A DNA stretch of 32,000 nt from Candidatus Peribacter riflensis (GTDB lineage: Bacteria; Patescibacteriota; Gracilibacteria; Peribacterales; Peribacteraceae), in contig CP013062.1 in the NCBI GenBank assembly GCA_001430755.1, positions 1,020,001 through 1,052,000 of the forward strand, read 5' to 3'. How positions within the stretch are numbered: position 1 is the stretch's first letter; each line of letters begins with the position of its first letter. The translations under genes were made by a program, and so were the position numbers. Shown one piece after another: positions 1 through 9,261 of the stretch. The notes under the pieces were generated by a model, which was given only the letters and a program-made list of their open reading frames with translations, was not told where the DNA came from and did no database searches.

Positions 1-1401
<1,401 letters not shown>

Positions 1402-1578
1402 ACCAGGGAATTTCTCTGGCCCGGCATTTCTTCTTCGAAGAGTGCGCGGGAACGCATGCGCTGGCTGTGCTTTTAGGCCATCATGCATCCGATTGCCCGG
1501 GAGAGCACCGATGTCCCCAATTGGGGTCAACGACCGGAAGACTTCTCTACTCTGCAATGGTGTGATTTTGTATAAAAG

Positions 1579-2301
1579 GTGTATATATTTCTACACATGA
1601 CTCCTTTTGGACTGCCGCCTCCTGGGTCCCCAATTAAAAAAATACTCAATAGCATTTGTGACTATTCCGAAGATGACTGTTACGTAATTAGTACTGTGAT
1701 TCAGCAATCTGCTCTCGTAGAAAATATTCTAGGAACACTACTACATCGATTATTAATTACCAGGCACGGAAAGACCAAAGAAGAATTTGATAGCAGAGTT
1801 TCAGAAATAAATATTGCTATCTCGGAAATGAATATTTCCAAAAAAACTTGTTTGGTCCGAGCCCATTTAGCCAAAAAGAATGATTCTCTGGCTTCCAGAT
1901 TGGATCAAATCTTCAAAATTCGTGTTCCCATCGCACATGTTCATTATGGAATGCCTTTTGGTAAATCGATTCAAAAAGACGAAATTAAAATAGGTAGAAA
2001 AAGCATTTGGACGCCGGAAGGGCTACACGAATTTGTGCTTTCTTGCCATACAGTAGCTAAAGAGCTTATGGAAATTATTGGCGACAATCAGGAAAAGGAG
2101 TTAACGGATGCAAAAATTGAAAAGAAATTAATCGAATATACGAAAGAAAAGATCTTGAAGAAAAAGTGGTTGGGTGAAAAGGACAATACTCAATTGAGCG
2201 CGCTCTCTGAGAGAGAGAAACATCTGAATAGACTCATCGAAATGGAGGAACCTCGCAGTAAACGGGCAACAGAGAGTTTGAAAAATATGTTTCATTCCTG
2301 A
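1579..2301 (+). CDS. HEPN-like protein (MtlR/DUF4145-type helical domain with R-x4-H motif) plus a K/E-rich C-terminal coiled-coil; lies in an AT-rich island. ATG at ~1597 (MTPFG...) is a likelier start than the GTG at 1579
   Basis: 240-aa ORF fills an AT-rich patch (~1560-2330) that contrasts with the GC-rich flanks. Motif IFKIRVPIAHVHYG (R115-x4-H120, nt 1921-1938) is preceded by the amphipathic helix pattern (VISTVIQQSALVENILGTLLHRLL ... NISKKTCLVRAHL) typical of MtlR-like/DUF4145 HEPN domains. A TATATT box sits ~7 nt before the ATG. Confidence 0.55.
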   Translation: MYIFLHMTPFGLPPPGSPIKKILNSICDYSEDDCYVISTVIQQSALVENILGTLLHRLLITRHGKTKEEFDSRVSEINIAISEMNISKKTCLVRAHLAKKNDSLASRLDQIFKIRVPIAHVHYGMPFGKSIQKDEIKIGRKSIWTPEGLHEFVLSCHTVAKELMEIIGDNQEKELTDAKIEKKLIEYTKEKILKKKWLGEKDNTQLSALSEREKHLNRLIEMEEPRSKRATESLKNMFHS

Positions 2302-2335
2302 ACGAAAACAAAACAACCTACAAAATCCCGGAAAC

Positions 2336-2496
2336 GCGCCTATGTGGCGGCGATAGCGGAGGGGGTCATAGGCGCAGCACTTTCTTTCGTCCTTTCTTTG
2401 CTGCGCCTGGCAAAGAAAGGACAGATCCTGAAAACCAAAACAACAAACAGCCAACAGGTGAAGCCCTGTCACCCTTCGACAGGGCTCAGGGTGACA
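2336..2496 (+). promoter_or_regulatory. Leader region with overlapping, mutually exclusive helices upstream of the 2518 CDS (candidate attenuator/riboswitch-like leader, or stacked REP-type hairpins)
   Basis: H1 GCGCCTATG 2336-2344 / CATAGGCGC 2367-2375 (9 bp). H2 GCGCAGC 2372-2378 / GCTGCGC 2400-2406 (7 bp) overlaps both H1 and H3. H3 CCTTTCTTTGC 2391-2401 / GCAAAGAAAGG 2410-2420 (11 bp). H4 GCCCTGTC/GACAGGGC (~2463-2485) competes with H5 TGTCACCC/GGGTGACA (~2467-2496). Confidence 0.3.
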
Positions 2497-2517
2497 CTGC
2501 GGCGTACACTACACATC

Positions 2518-3003
2518 ATGGAGAACCAACCCGTTCAACCCACCGGCTGCTGCGACCCCTTCAACCCCGAACCTTGGCAGGAAAAGGAGATCACGTGGAA
2601 CAATAAGCTCTTTGTGAAGGATCACGTGACGAGCTTTCTGCATATTCCCCTCAACATGGGCAAAGTGGTGACGAGGAACATGAAACTGATCGAACAAGCC
2701 GGCGCACAGTCCTCCGTTCAGCTCATGCTCAGCGACGAAAAATCCCTCTGGGGCGCGGATATCTACATCGATGTGACGAAAGATGTCCCGGGCGCGCAGA
2801 TGGCCACGATTTCGGGAACATTCCTGACCAAAGTCTTCGAGGGACCGTACAAGAATGTCGGCAAATGGATGAAGGAGATGCAGGACTACGTCGCGGCAAA
2901 AGGGCAGACTCTCCGCAAGGTGTACTGCTGCTACACCACCTGCCCCCGTTGCGCCAAAGCGTATGGGAAGAACTACGTAGTAATTTTTGCACAGATCCGG
3001 TAG
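2518..3003 (+). CDS. Conserved hypothetical protein with an N-terminal CC and a C-terminal CxxC (possible metal/Fe-S ligand set)
   Basis: ORF 2344..3003 trimmed to the ATG at 2518 (MENQPVQPTGCCDPFNPEPW...). The upstream in-frame stretch coincides with the hairpin-rich leader. Globular-looking sequence ending YTTCPRCAKAYGKNYVVIFAQIR. I recall similar hydrolase-annotated hypotheticals but cannot verify this. Confidence 0.6.
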   Translation: MENQPVQPTGCCDPFNPEPWQEKEITWNNKLFVKDHVTSFLHIPLNMGKVVTRNMKLIEQAGAQSSVQLMLSDEKSLWGADIYIDVTKDVPGAQMATISGTFLTKVFEGPYKNVGKWMKEMQDYVAAKGQTLRKVYCCYTTCPRCAKAYGKNYVVIFAQIR

Positions 3004-3006
3004 TCG

Positions 3007-3450
3007 TTACTGCCTCTTTGCCCAGTTCTCAAACCTCCCGACTGCACCACGCACGCCCCGGACCAGAGAATCGATCCGTTGACCCACAGTCACTTTGCGT
3101 CCGTTCGTCGCCTCTGACTGCCTCCACGAACTGCGCAGTGCGAAAAGAAGCATATCGAGAGCCTCCTTCTGGTCCCGTGCGTAGATCGGCACGACGAACC
3201 GGAGGACCTGCTCCATATCGTTCGGCCAGGCAGTGTCACCTCTGCCAGACGCCTCCTGTGTCATCTCCGCAACGAGCGCAAACACAGAGGCATACAACAC
3301 GGCAGGAACTGGCATCTCTTTTTTTGGGTCACTATCTTCGCGAAAGAGAGCGTTCTGTACTCCGTTGATCCTTGAAACGATGCGGTTGGCTTCCGCATCC
3401 CGGTTGACCGATGTCTGCAGCCCTTCCTTGGAGAAGAAACGATCTGCCAT
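3007..3450 (-). CDS. Hypothetical protein (147 aa from MADRFFSKEG...)
   Basis: ORF 3007..3540 trimmed to Met31 (ATG at c3450), because a near-consensus promoter ends 7 nt upstream of that ATG. No recognisable domain. Confidence 0.6.
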   Translation of the reverse strand: MADRFFSKEGLQTSVNRDAEANRIVSRINGVQNALFREDSDPKKEMPVPAVLYASVFALVAEMTQEASGRGDTAWPNDMEQVLRFVVPIYARDQKEALDMLLFALRSSWRQSEATNGRKVTVGQRIDSLVRGVRGAVGRFENWAKRQ

Positions 3451-3457
3451 CTTTATT

Positions 3458-3486
3458 ATTATAACATGAATATTATTCATATGCAA
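3458..3486 (-). promoter_or_regulatory. Sigma70-type promoter TTGCAT-N17-TATAAT (extended TGT-TATAAT) 7 nt from the ATG, predicting a leaderless mRNA; inverted repeat in the spacer
   Basis: Minus strand: -35 TTGCAT (3481-3486), -10 TATAAT (3458-3463), 7 nt to ATG c3450. The spacer contains ATGAAT-ATT-ATTCAT (3466-3480). Confidence 0.6.
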
Positions 3487-3587
3487 TAACCTTACAGGCC
3501 TGCAGAGAACGGCTGTCTGGAGAGAGAAAATGAGGAACAAAAAACACTTTCCCTTGCTGGCAAAGCAGGCACAATGTCCCCTTCATC

Positions 3588-3926
3588 ATGGAGCACCCCT
3601 CCCCCTCTCCGAAAAAGCAAAAACTCTCCCCCGCGGGCGAGCAGAGATTGCATCAGGCAACGTCTATCCATAACACACTATGGACCGACATATTCAATGG
3701 CCAGGATTGCATTCGGAGAATGACTCCGGACCGACGGGCAGTAGTCGAATTCCGTATGCCACACATCGAACAGATACTTGATTTCGTCCGTCATTATTTC
3801 GCCTGCACCATCAATGGAGAGAAGAGGGTGGGAGTAGAAGTGGCCCTTCCCACTCGCAGTCGTGCACATGCACAGTACAACCTGGTTTGCCGGGCCCTGC
3901 TCTCGCATGAATTCGAAATCAGTTGA
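3588..3926 (+). CDS. Hypothetical protein (112 aa)
   Basis: Only sizeable ORF filling 3541-3939. No promoter or domain recognised. Confidence 0.35.
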   Translation: MEHPSPSPKKQKLSPAGEQRLHQATSIHNTLWTDIFNGQDCIRRMTPDRRAVVEFRMPHIEQILDFVRHYFACTINGEKRVGVEVALPTRSRAHAQYNLVCRALLSHEFEIS

Positions 3927-3939
3927 GAAACTCGAGCAA

Positions 3940-4752
3940 TCAAGTGTGTAATGCCGCCCGCGACATTTCCTTCAGGCCATCGCCGGGAATGTGATCGAGC
4001 AGACTCCCCAAAAATCCATCAATGAAGAGCTTCCGCGCCTGCTTCTGCGTGATGCCACGACTGGCAAAGTAGAACAGATCTTCGGGATGGATGCGCGACA
4101 CAGAGGCGGAGTGGCTGGCCTGCACGTCATGCGTTTCCACATCGAGCGACGGAATGGCATCGGCCCGCGCCGTGGGATCGAGCAGAAGAATTTTTTCGGT
4201 GAGGTGCGCCTGCGTCCCCGAAGCCTTGGGGCCGATCTCCACCGACCCATTGCACGACGCTTTCGCATGCCCTTCGACAACACCGCGGATTTCAAGATCC
4301 CCCCGCCCCTCTCTGCCCAGAAACACATTGCGCGCCGAGAGCCGGCATTCCATTTTTTTCTGCCCGTGAATGATCCAGTCGATGCGGCTCTCGCCCTGCG
4401 CACCGATCACTTCTGAAATGGTTTCCTGCGTGCAGGACCCGAGCGTGAGATTCACCAGATGGAGCCGTGCTCCCTGCGCCACGCGGATCTTCTGCGCGAT
4501 GGTCGCCCCCGCCTTCCCGCGCCAGACGAAGACAACAGTGAGCGCGGAACGCGGGTCCAGTGCGATTTCCAACGTGAGAGTGGCGTTCTTCTTGCGTGCG
4601 GAACATTCGATGAACGCAACAGACATGCTCCCGCGCGGCACACGCAGAACGAGGGAGGGATGGTGGTCCGAGAGCGTAAAAAGATGAGGCCCCTTTAGGC
4701 CATCTTTGAGCATCACTACACGCCTGTCATGTGAAGATTGAGCCGACCCCAT
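3940..4752 (-). CDS. sufD: Fe-S cluster assembly protein SufD (short form)
   Basis: The C-terminal region (...HSASVSRIHPEDLFYFASRGITQKQARKLFIDGFLGSLLD) matches the conserved SufB/SufD C-terminal beta-helix and helical tail. sufB lies upstream on the same strand. Confidence 0.8.
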   Translation of the reverse strand: MGSAQSSHDRRVVMLKDGLKGPHLFTLSDHHPSLVLRVPRGSMSVAFIECSARKKNATLTLEIALDPRSALTVVFVWRGKAGATIAQKIRVAQGARLHLVNLTLGSCTQETISEVIGAQGESRIDWIIHGQKKMECRLSARNVFLGREGRGDLEIRGVVEGHAKASCNGSVEIGPKASGTQAHLTEKILLLDPTARADAIPSLDVETHDVQASHSASVSRIHPEDLFYFASRGITQKQARKLFIDGFLGSLLDHIPGDGLKEMSRAALHT

Positions 4753-4769
4753 GGAAAGAAAGAAGATAC

Positions 4770-4797
4770 TTGCAGTTACTAATAATTAGTCTACAAT
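4770..4797 (+). promoter_or_regulatory. Candidate promoter TTGCAG-N16-TACAAT with an operator-like palindrome in the spacer
   Basis: -35 at 4770-4775 and -10 at 4792-4797, 27 nt before ATG 4825. Perfect inverted repeat ACTAAT-A-ATTAGT at 4778-4790. Confidence 0.45.
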
Positions 4798-4824
4798 CAC
4801 CTTTGTTCCCTTCCCCACAATAGC

Positions 4825-5151
4825 ATGGTTGCATTCGTCCCCAATGAAGAATTCAAGCACCGAGAACGCGTCGAAGCGATGCGTACTGCCGATACCGCAG
4901 AGAGTACGAGCGGCAGCAAAACGATGGGCGGCCGCGAGGCGGTGACGCGAGCCATGGCTGCAACGCTCCTGCAGATCAATCAGCTCCGCGCCGTGCCTGG
5001 CATCGAGCTACACATCGTGGAGCAATTGAGGAGCGAAGCGAGTGCCCTTGAGCAGAAGAGCAGGGCGACGGAGGCAGACAATGCCCTCTTCGTCCAAGCG
5101 GAATCTATACACCGGATCGGCCAGCGCGCCATGGATCTCATCGCTGCCTGA
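4825..5151 (+). CDS. Hypothetical protein (108 aa), first gene of a 2-gene + strand cassette inside the suf locus
   Basis: ORF with a promoter upstream. Its stop is 2 nt before the next ATG. Helical-looking sequence with no recognisable domain. Confidence 0.45.
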   Translation: MVAFVPNEEFKHRERVEAMRTADTAESTSGSKTMGGREAVTRAMAATLLQINQLRAVPGIELHIVEQLRSEASALEQKSRATEADNALFVQAESIHRIGQRAMDLIAA

Positions 5152-5153
5152 AC

Positions 5154-5552
5154 ATGCATCGCACGTACTCCCGCGCGCCGCGGGAACAGCAGCTCCTGCT
5201 CTTCCCTGTGAAGCGGCACACGCCGTACACATGGGCAGTGGAACGGCTGATCGAAAAAATGCGCAAGGGATTTCTGGAGCTGCCCGATTTGGAAAAACGC
5301 CTGGTGGAACTGGGCATCTTCGAGGAGGCGGAGGAGATCGACCTCGCGTGGGCGCACACGATGTATGCCCATCACCAGCCGATGCCGGATCGTGACAAAT
5401 TTCTTGGTACGCTCTGGCATCCGATTCTCGGCGCACTTGAAACGCTCAATGAGCAGGGCTTGCGCGCACTGCCGCAGGTGCGCAAAAACCTCATACAAGT
5501 TCTGAAAGAGAGGCGTGGGAACAGTGGCGATCGGATGACTACGACTCCGTGA
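5154..5552 (+). CDS. Hypothetical protein (132 aa), second gene of the cassette
   Basis: ATG 2 nt after the stop of 4825..5151. Amphipathic, protein-like sequence with no recognisable domain. Confidence 0.45.
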   Translation: MHRTYSRAPREQQLLLFPVKRHTPYTWAVERLIEKMRKGFLELPDLEKRLVELGIFEEAEEIDLAWAHTMYAHHQPMPDRDKFLGTLWHPILGALETLNEQGLRALPQVRKNLIQVLKERRGNSGDRMTTTP

Positions 5553-5856
5553 GCGCACGGAGCGTCTTTTCTGCTTCTGCCCGTGCAGGCGACCCCGGCA
5601 TACTGGAATGCAATGATTCTGCGGCATCCTTGAGAACGGCCGGATTCTCAACATAGAGAAACTGACTCCACCCGTGCCCCGCCCTATTCATGAGCGCCTC
5701 GACCGCCATGCGGGCACCCTTACTCATGCTGAGCACGGCATCGGCCACCGGAACATTGCGCTTCATGAGAAGCTGAAATTCCTTTTCGAACAGAAGAGTG
5801 GGGTCGGGCAAATCGACGCCGCTCAGACGAAGGTTGAAGCTGCTACCATCATTCAT
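5539..5856 (-). CDS. Hypothetical protein (105 aa), predicted leaderless
   Basis: ATG at c5856 lies 6 nt downstream of a near-consensus TTGAGA-N16-TATAAT promoter. Converges on and overlaps 5154..5552 by 14 nt. Confidence 0.5.
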   Translation of the reverse strand: MNDGSSFNLRLSGVDLPDPTLLFEKEFQLLMKRNVPVADAVLSMSKGARMAVEALMNRAGHGWSQFLYVENPAVLKDAAESLHSSMPGSPARAEAEKTLRALTES

Positions 5857-5862
5857 GGCAAT

Positions 5863-5890
5863 ATTATAACATATTTTATGTTATTCTCAA
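5863..5890 (-). promoter_or_regulatory. Sigma70-type promoter TTGAGA-N16-TATAAT (extended TGT-TATAAT) 6 nt from the ATG; 8-bp inverted repeat in the spacer
   Basis: Minus strand: -35 TTGAGA (5885-5890), -10 TATAAT (5863-5868), 6 nt to ATG c5856. Inverted repeat ATAACATA-TTT-TATGTTAT (5866-5884). Shares the 10-mer ATGTTATAAT with the 3458-3486 promoter. Confidence 0.6.
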
Positions 5891-5900
5891 ATAACCCACC

Positions 5901-7295
5901 TCACCCCACCGATCCCTCCATCTCCATCTCAATGAGCCGGTTCAGCTCCACGGCATACTCGAGGGGAATCGCCTGCATCACGGGCTCCACGAACCCGCGC
6001 ACGATCATCGTCTTGGCTTCGGGTTCACTCAGGCCCCGCGACATCGCGTAGAAGAGATCTTCTTCCGACAGCTTGCCCACCGTTGCCTCGTGCGCGATGG
6101 TCGCATCGTCGGTCTGCACCTTCAGATCCGGCACGGTGGCCGTGCTGCTCCGGGCATCGAGCAGGAGCGCATCACACTGAATGCTTGAAGTGGAATCCTT
6201 CGCCTCAGGTGCGATTTTGAGGAGGCCACGGTACACGGTGCGGCCGCCATCTCTGCTCACCGACTTGCTCACCACCACACTCGACGTGTGCGGAGCGAGG
6301 TGGATGACCTTGGCGCCCGTATCCTGCCACTGGCCCGCCCCCGCCATAGCCAGCCCCAGGTGTTCGCAGCGCGATCCCTCCCCGGTCAGCACCGAGCAGG
6401 GGTAGAGCATGGTGACGCCGCTGCCCAGATTGCCACCCACCCACTCCATCGTCGCTTCGCGTTCCACGATGGCGCGCTTCGTATTCAGATTGAACGTATC
6501 TTTGCTCCAGTTTTCCACCGATGAGTACCGCACGCGTGAGCCGGGTTTCGCGAACACTTCCACGCAACCGGCGTGCAGCGAAGGGCTGCCATACTTCGGC
6601 GCGGAACATCCCTCGATGTAGTGCGCCACCGCCCCCTCACCGACGATGATCATCGTGTGCTCGAACTGCCCCATGCCCCGCGCATTCATGCGGAAGTACG
6701 CCTGCAGTGGCTCGGTGACGACCGTCCCATCGGGCACGAAGAGGAACGTGCCGCCGGACCACACAGCCCCATGCAGAGCGGCAAACGCGTGATCCGTGGG
6801 ACGCACGCACTGCATAAAATGCTCGCGAACGATATCCGGATAGGTGCGCACAGCCGCATCCATATCGAGAAAGATGACCCCCTGTGCCTCCCACTCCTCT
6901 TTGAGCCGATGATAGATCACGTCGCTCTCGTACTGCGCGCCGACCCCGCCGAGCATCTGGTACTCCGCTTCGGGAATGCCGAGCCGCTCGTAGATCCGGC
7001 GGATGTCTGCGGGCACCTCGGCCCAGTCGTCAGTCTGCGTCACGCCGGGCCGCGCGTAGAAGAGAATGCGCTTGAGATTGAGCCGCGAGAGATCCGGCCC
7101 CCACGCGGGCAACGGCATCGTCCGAAAGATCCGCAGACAAGTCAGTCGGTGCCGAAGCATCCACTCCGGTTCGCCCTTATCCGCACTGATGCGATGCACC
7201 AGTTCTTCACTCAATCCGCGCGCCAGCCCCGCGGTATACGGTGCGGCATTGGGGGTATCGAGCAGGGCCGATTGCGGAAGGGAAGATGAGGGCAT
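5901..7295 (-). CDS. sufB: Fe-S cluster assembly protein SufB
   Basis: ORF 5901..7355 trimmed to Met21 (ATG c7295). Full-length SufB-like sequence (...GVGAQYESDVIYH..., ...HYIEGCSAPKY..., ...TVGKLSEEDLFYAMSRGLSEPEAKTMIVRGF...). Confidence 0.92.
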   Translation of the reverse strand: MPSSSLPQSALLDTPNAAPYTAGLARGLSEELVHRISADKGEPEWMLRHRLTCLRIFRTMPLPAWGPDLSRLNLKRILFYARPGVTQTDDWAEVPADIRRIYERLGIPEAEYQMLGGVGAQYESDVIYHRLKEEWEAQGVIFLDMDAAVRTYPDIVREHFMQCVRPTDHAFAALHGAVWSGGTFLFVPDGTVVTEPLQAYFRMNARGMGQFEHTMIIVGEGAVAHYIEGCSAPKYGSPSLHAGCVEVFAKPGSRVRYSSVENWSKDTFNLNTKRAIVEREATMEWVGGNLGSGVTMLYPCSVLTGEGSRCEHLGLAMAGAGQWQDTGAKVIHLAPHTSSVVVSKSVSRDGGRTVYRGLLKIAPEAKDSTSSIQCDALLLDARSSTATVPDLKVQTDDATIAHEATVGKLSEEDLFYAMSRGLSEPEAKTMIVRGFVEPVMQAIPLEYAVELNRLIEMEMEGSVG

Positions 7296-7456
7296 GCAGA
7301 GAGTCAGAGTGTAGGGGATGCGGGGGAGGAGACAACCCCGCCGATGCCGCCCCAATGAGCCTCTTTTTGCAGCATTCGGTCAATAACTGAAAGAGATGCA
7401 AAGTGTACTTTCCATTGGAAATTCCCGAGAAAATGCCAAACAAATATTTTATGATA

Positions 7457-7465
7457 TGGTATAAT
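7457..7465 (+). promoter_or_regulatory. Extended -10 box TGGTATAAT, 14 nt upstream of the adaptor-gene ATG
   Basis: TGG (7457-7459) plus TATAAT (7460-7465) in an AT-rich patch. No clear -35. Confidence 0.45.
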
Positions 7466-7479
7466 AATAGAACATTCCT

Positions 7480-9261
7480 ATGTGGTCCCCTCTCCCTCTG
7501 CTCCGGCGCACTTGGGAAGCCCTCAAATCCTTCGCTCTGCGGCATCCCATCTGGTCTGTCGTACTCGGGATTTTCATCCTGCTGTTCGGGATGCTCCTGT
7601 GGTACATCTTCTCGCCTGCGCAGCCGGAAATGATCACCGAAACCGTGCGACGCGGTGACCTCACCCAGAGGGTGGAAGCCGTGGGAACCATTACATCGGA
7701 TCGTGACGTGAATATGAAGTTCCCCGTAACGGGGATCGTCGCAAAGGTGCTCGTGAAGGAGGGGGACACAGTCGTTACCGGCCAGGAGCTCGTCAAACTG
7801 CGCAACGAATCATTCGCCGCAGACCTTGCCTCTGCTGCAGCCCAGTACCGACAGGCGCAGGCGAACTATCAGGAGCTCGCAGAAGGCACGCGCCCCGAAG
7901 ACATCGCCATCGCCGAAGCGGAGGTGGCCAACAAGCGTGCCGCACTGGAGGCAGCCCGGGCTGATCTCGCCAGCGCCGAAGAGAAATTGAAAACATCGGG
8001 GCAGAAGCTGGAAGCGAGCAAGCGCGAGGTGGATACGAACCTCTCGGGATACATCGCCAAGGCGGCCAGTACGGGTTCGGAGCAGCTCTCGACCGCCCGA
8101 ACAGCGCTCAAGTCACTCGAAGATATCTTCGTCGACTCTACGATCACCTTCCTTGCTGAGCAGTATCGCACGACGGCGAACAGCATCTTTGTGGCATCGC
8201 GAAAGAGAGCCACCAGCTCCCTGGATGCGGTGGGAACACTGAGTGCCGTTGCTTCCTACCAGGAGGCAGTCGACGCACTGCAACGTGCCCGCGCAGCGAT
8301 CACAGAGGTGGCAGATGCTGTGCAACAGGCCTACAACCTGATTGCGGATCTCCCGCTCACCACCGCATTCGATACCACGGTGCGCGAGACGCACAAATCC
8401 ACCATCGCCACGCAGAAGACCAACGTCCTGAGTGCCATCAGTTCCATTGATACCGCCCTCAAGAATCTGCAGGATTCTTCCGCCAGCTACGATACGAGTA
8501 TCGCAACGGAAGAGAATACCTATGCGGCGGCAAAGGCCGCCAAGCAGACCGCAGAATCCGCCATCTTCACTTACGAGACCGCCCTGCGCACGCAGGAGGC
8601 GCAGCTCGCCCTCAAGAAAGCCGGTCCCCGCGAGACGCAGCTCGATGCCTCCCGCGCAAACATGAATTCTGCAGCGGCAAACGTGGCCCGCGCCCGCGCC
8701 AAAATGGAAGACACCATCATCCGCGCCCCGACGGACGGCGTGATTACGAAAGTGGATTTCAAGGAAGGGGAATTCACCGGTGATCCGGACAACGCCAATC
8801 ATTCGATCACGATGCTCGGCGTATCGCCGTACCGCGTAGAGATGTTCCTCTCGGAGGTGGATATCCCCAAGATTCTGCTCTCGCAGAGCGGATCCATCGA
8901 ACTCGACGCCTTTCCGGGAGTGAACTACGCACTCACCGTCACCTCCATCGAACCGGGCCCCACAAAGATCGACGGTGTGTCGAAATATCGCGTGAGCCTG
9001 GGCTTTGTGTACCTGCATGATGAATTCAAGATTGGCATGACCGGCGATGCGGAGATCATCACCGGCGAACGCACAGATGTCCTTTTGGCGCCCGTACGCT
9101 CCGTGTTGCAAAAGAACGGCCAGGGAAAAATCATCCGCATTCTGGAGAACGGGGAAATCATCGAAAAGTCCGTCGAAACCGGCATGGAATCTGATACCGA
9201 TGCCGAGATTGTCAGTGGATTGAGTGAAGGAGAGACTGTGGTTGTCCTCATCAAGCAATGA
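7480..9261 (+). CDS. HlyD/MacA-family periplasmic adaptor (membrane fusion protein) with a very long coiled-coil insert
   Basis: N-terminal TM (IWSVVLGIFILLFGMLLWYIF), lipoyl/barrel-sandwich motifs (VTGIVAKVLVKEGDTVVTGQELVKL ... IRAPTDGVITKVDFKEGE), and roughly 300 aa of Ala/Glu/Gln-rich helical sequence between them. Its stop overlaps the next ATG (ATGA). Confidence 0.85.
   Translation: MWSPLPLLRRTWEALKSFALRHPIWSVVLGIFILLFGMLLWYIFSPAQPEMITETVRRGDLTQRVEAVGTITSDRDVNMKFPVTGIVAKVLVKEGDTVVTGQELVKLRNESFAADLASAAAQYRQAQANYQELAEGTRPEDIAIAEAEVANKRAALEAARADLASAEEKLKTSGQKLEASKREVDTNLSGYIAKAASTGSEQLSTARTALKSLEDIFVDSTITFLAEQYRTTANSIFVASRKRATSSLDAVGTLSAVASYQEAVDALQRARAAITEVADAVQQAYNLIADLPLTTAFDTTVRETHKSTIATQKTNVLSAISSIDTALKNLQDSSASYDTSIATEENTYAAAKAAKQTAESAIFTYETALRTQEAQLALKKAGPRETQLDASRANMNSAAANVARARAKMEDTIIRAPTDGVITKVDFKEGEFTGDPDNANHSITMLGVSPYRVEMFLSEVDIPKILLSQSGSIELDAFPGVNYALTVTSIEPGPTKIDGVSKYRVSLGFVYLHDEFKIGMTGDAEIITGERTDVLLAPVRSVLQKNGQGKIIRILENGEIIEKSVETGMESDTDAEIVSGLSEGETVVVLIKQ

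Noticed and set aside
1402-1560. Looked for tRNA-Ile/tRNA-Ala or a 23S start in the post-16S spacer.
   Set aside because: No acceptor/T-arm (GTTCGAATC-like) pattern or cloverleaf is evident. Only a weak CCCCAATTGGGG palindrome is present.
4753-5900. The gap between sufD and sufB considered as a degraded sufC pseudogene.
   Set aside because: No Walker A/B or ABC signature remnants appear in any of the six frames shown. An intact sufC exists at 14345-15106.
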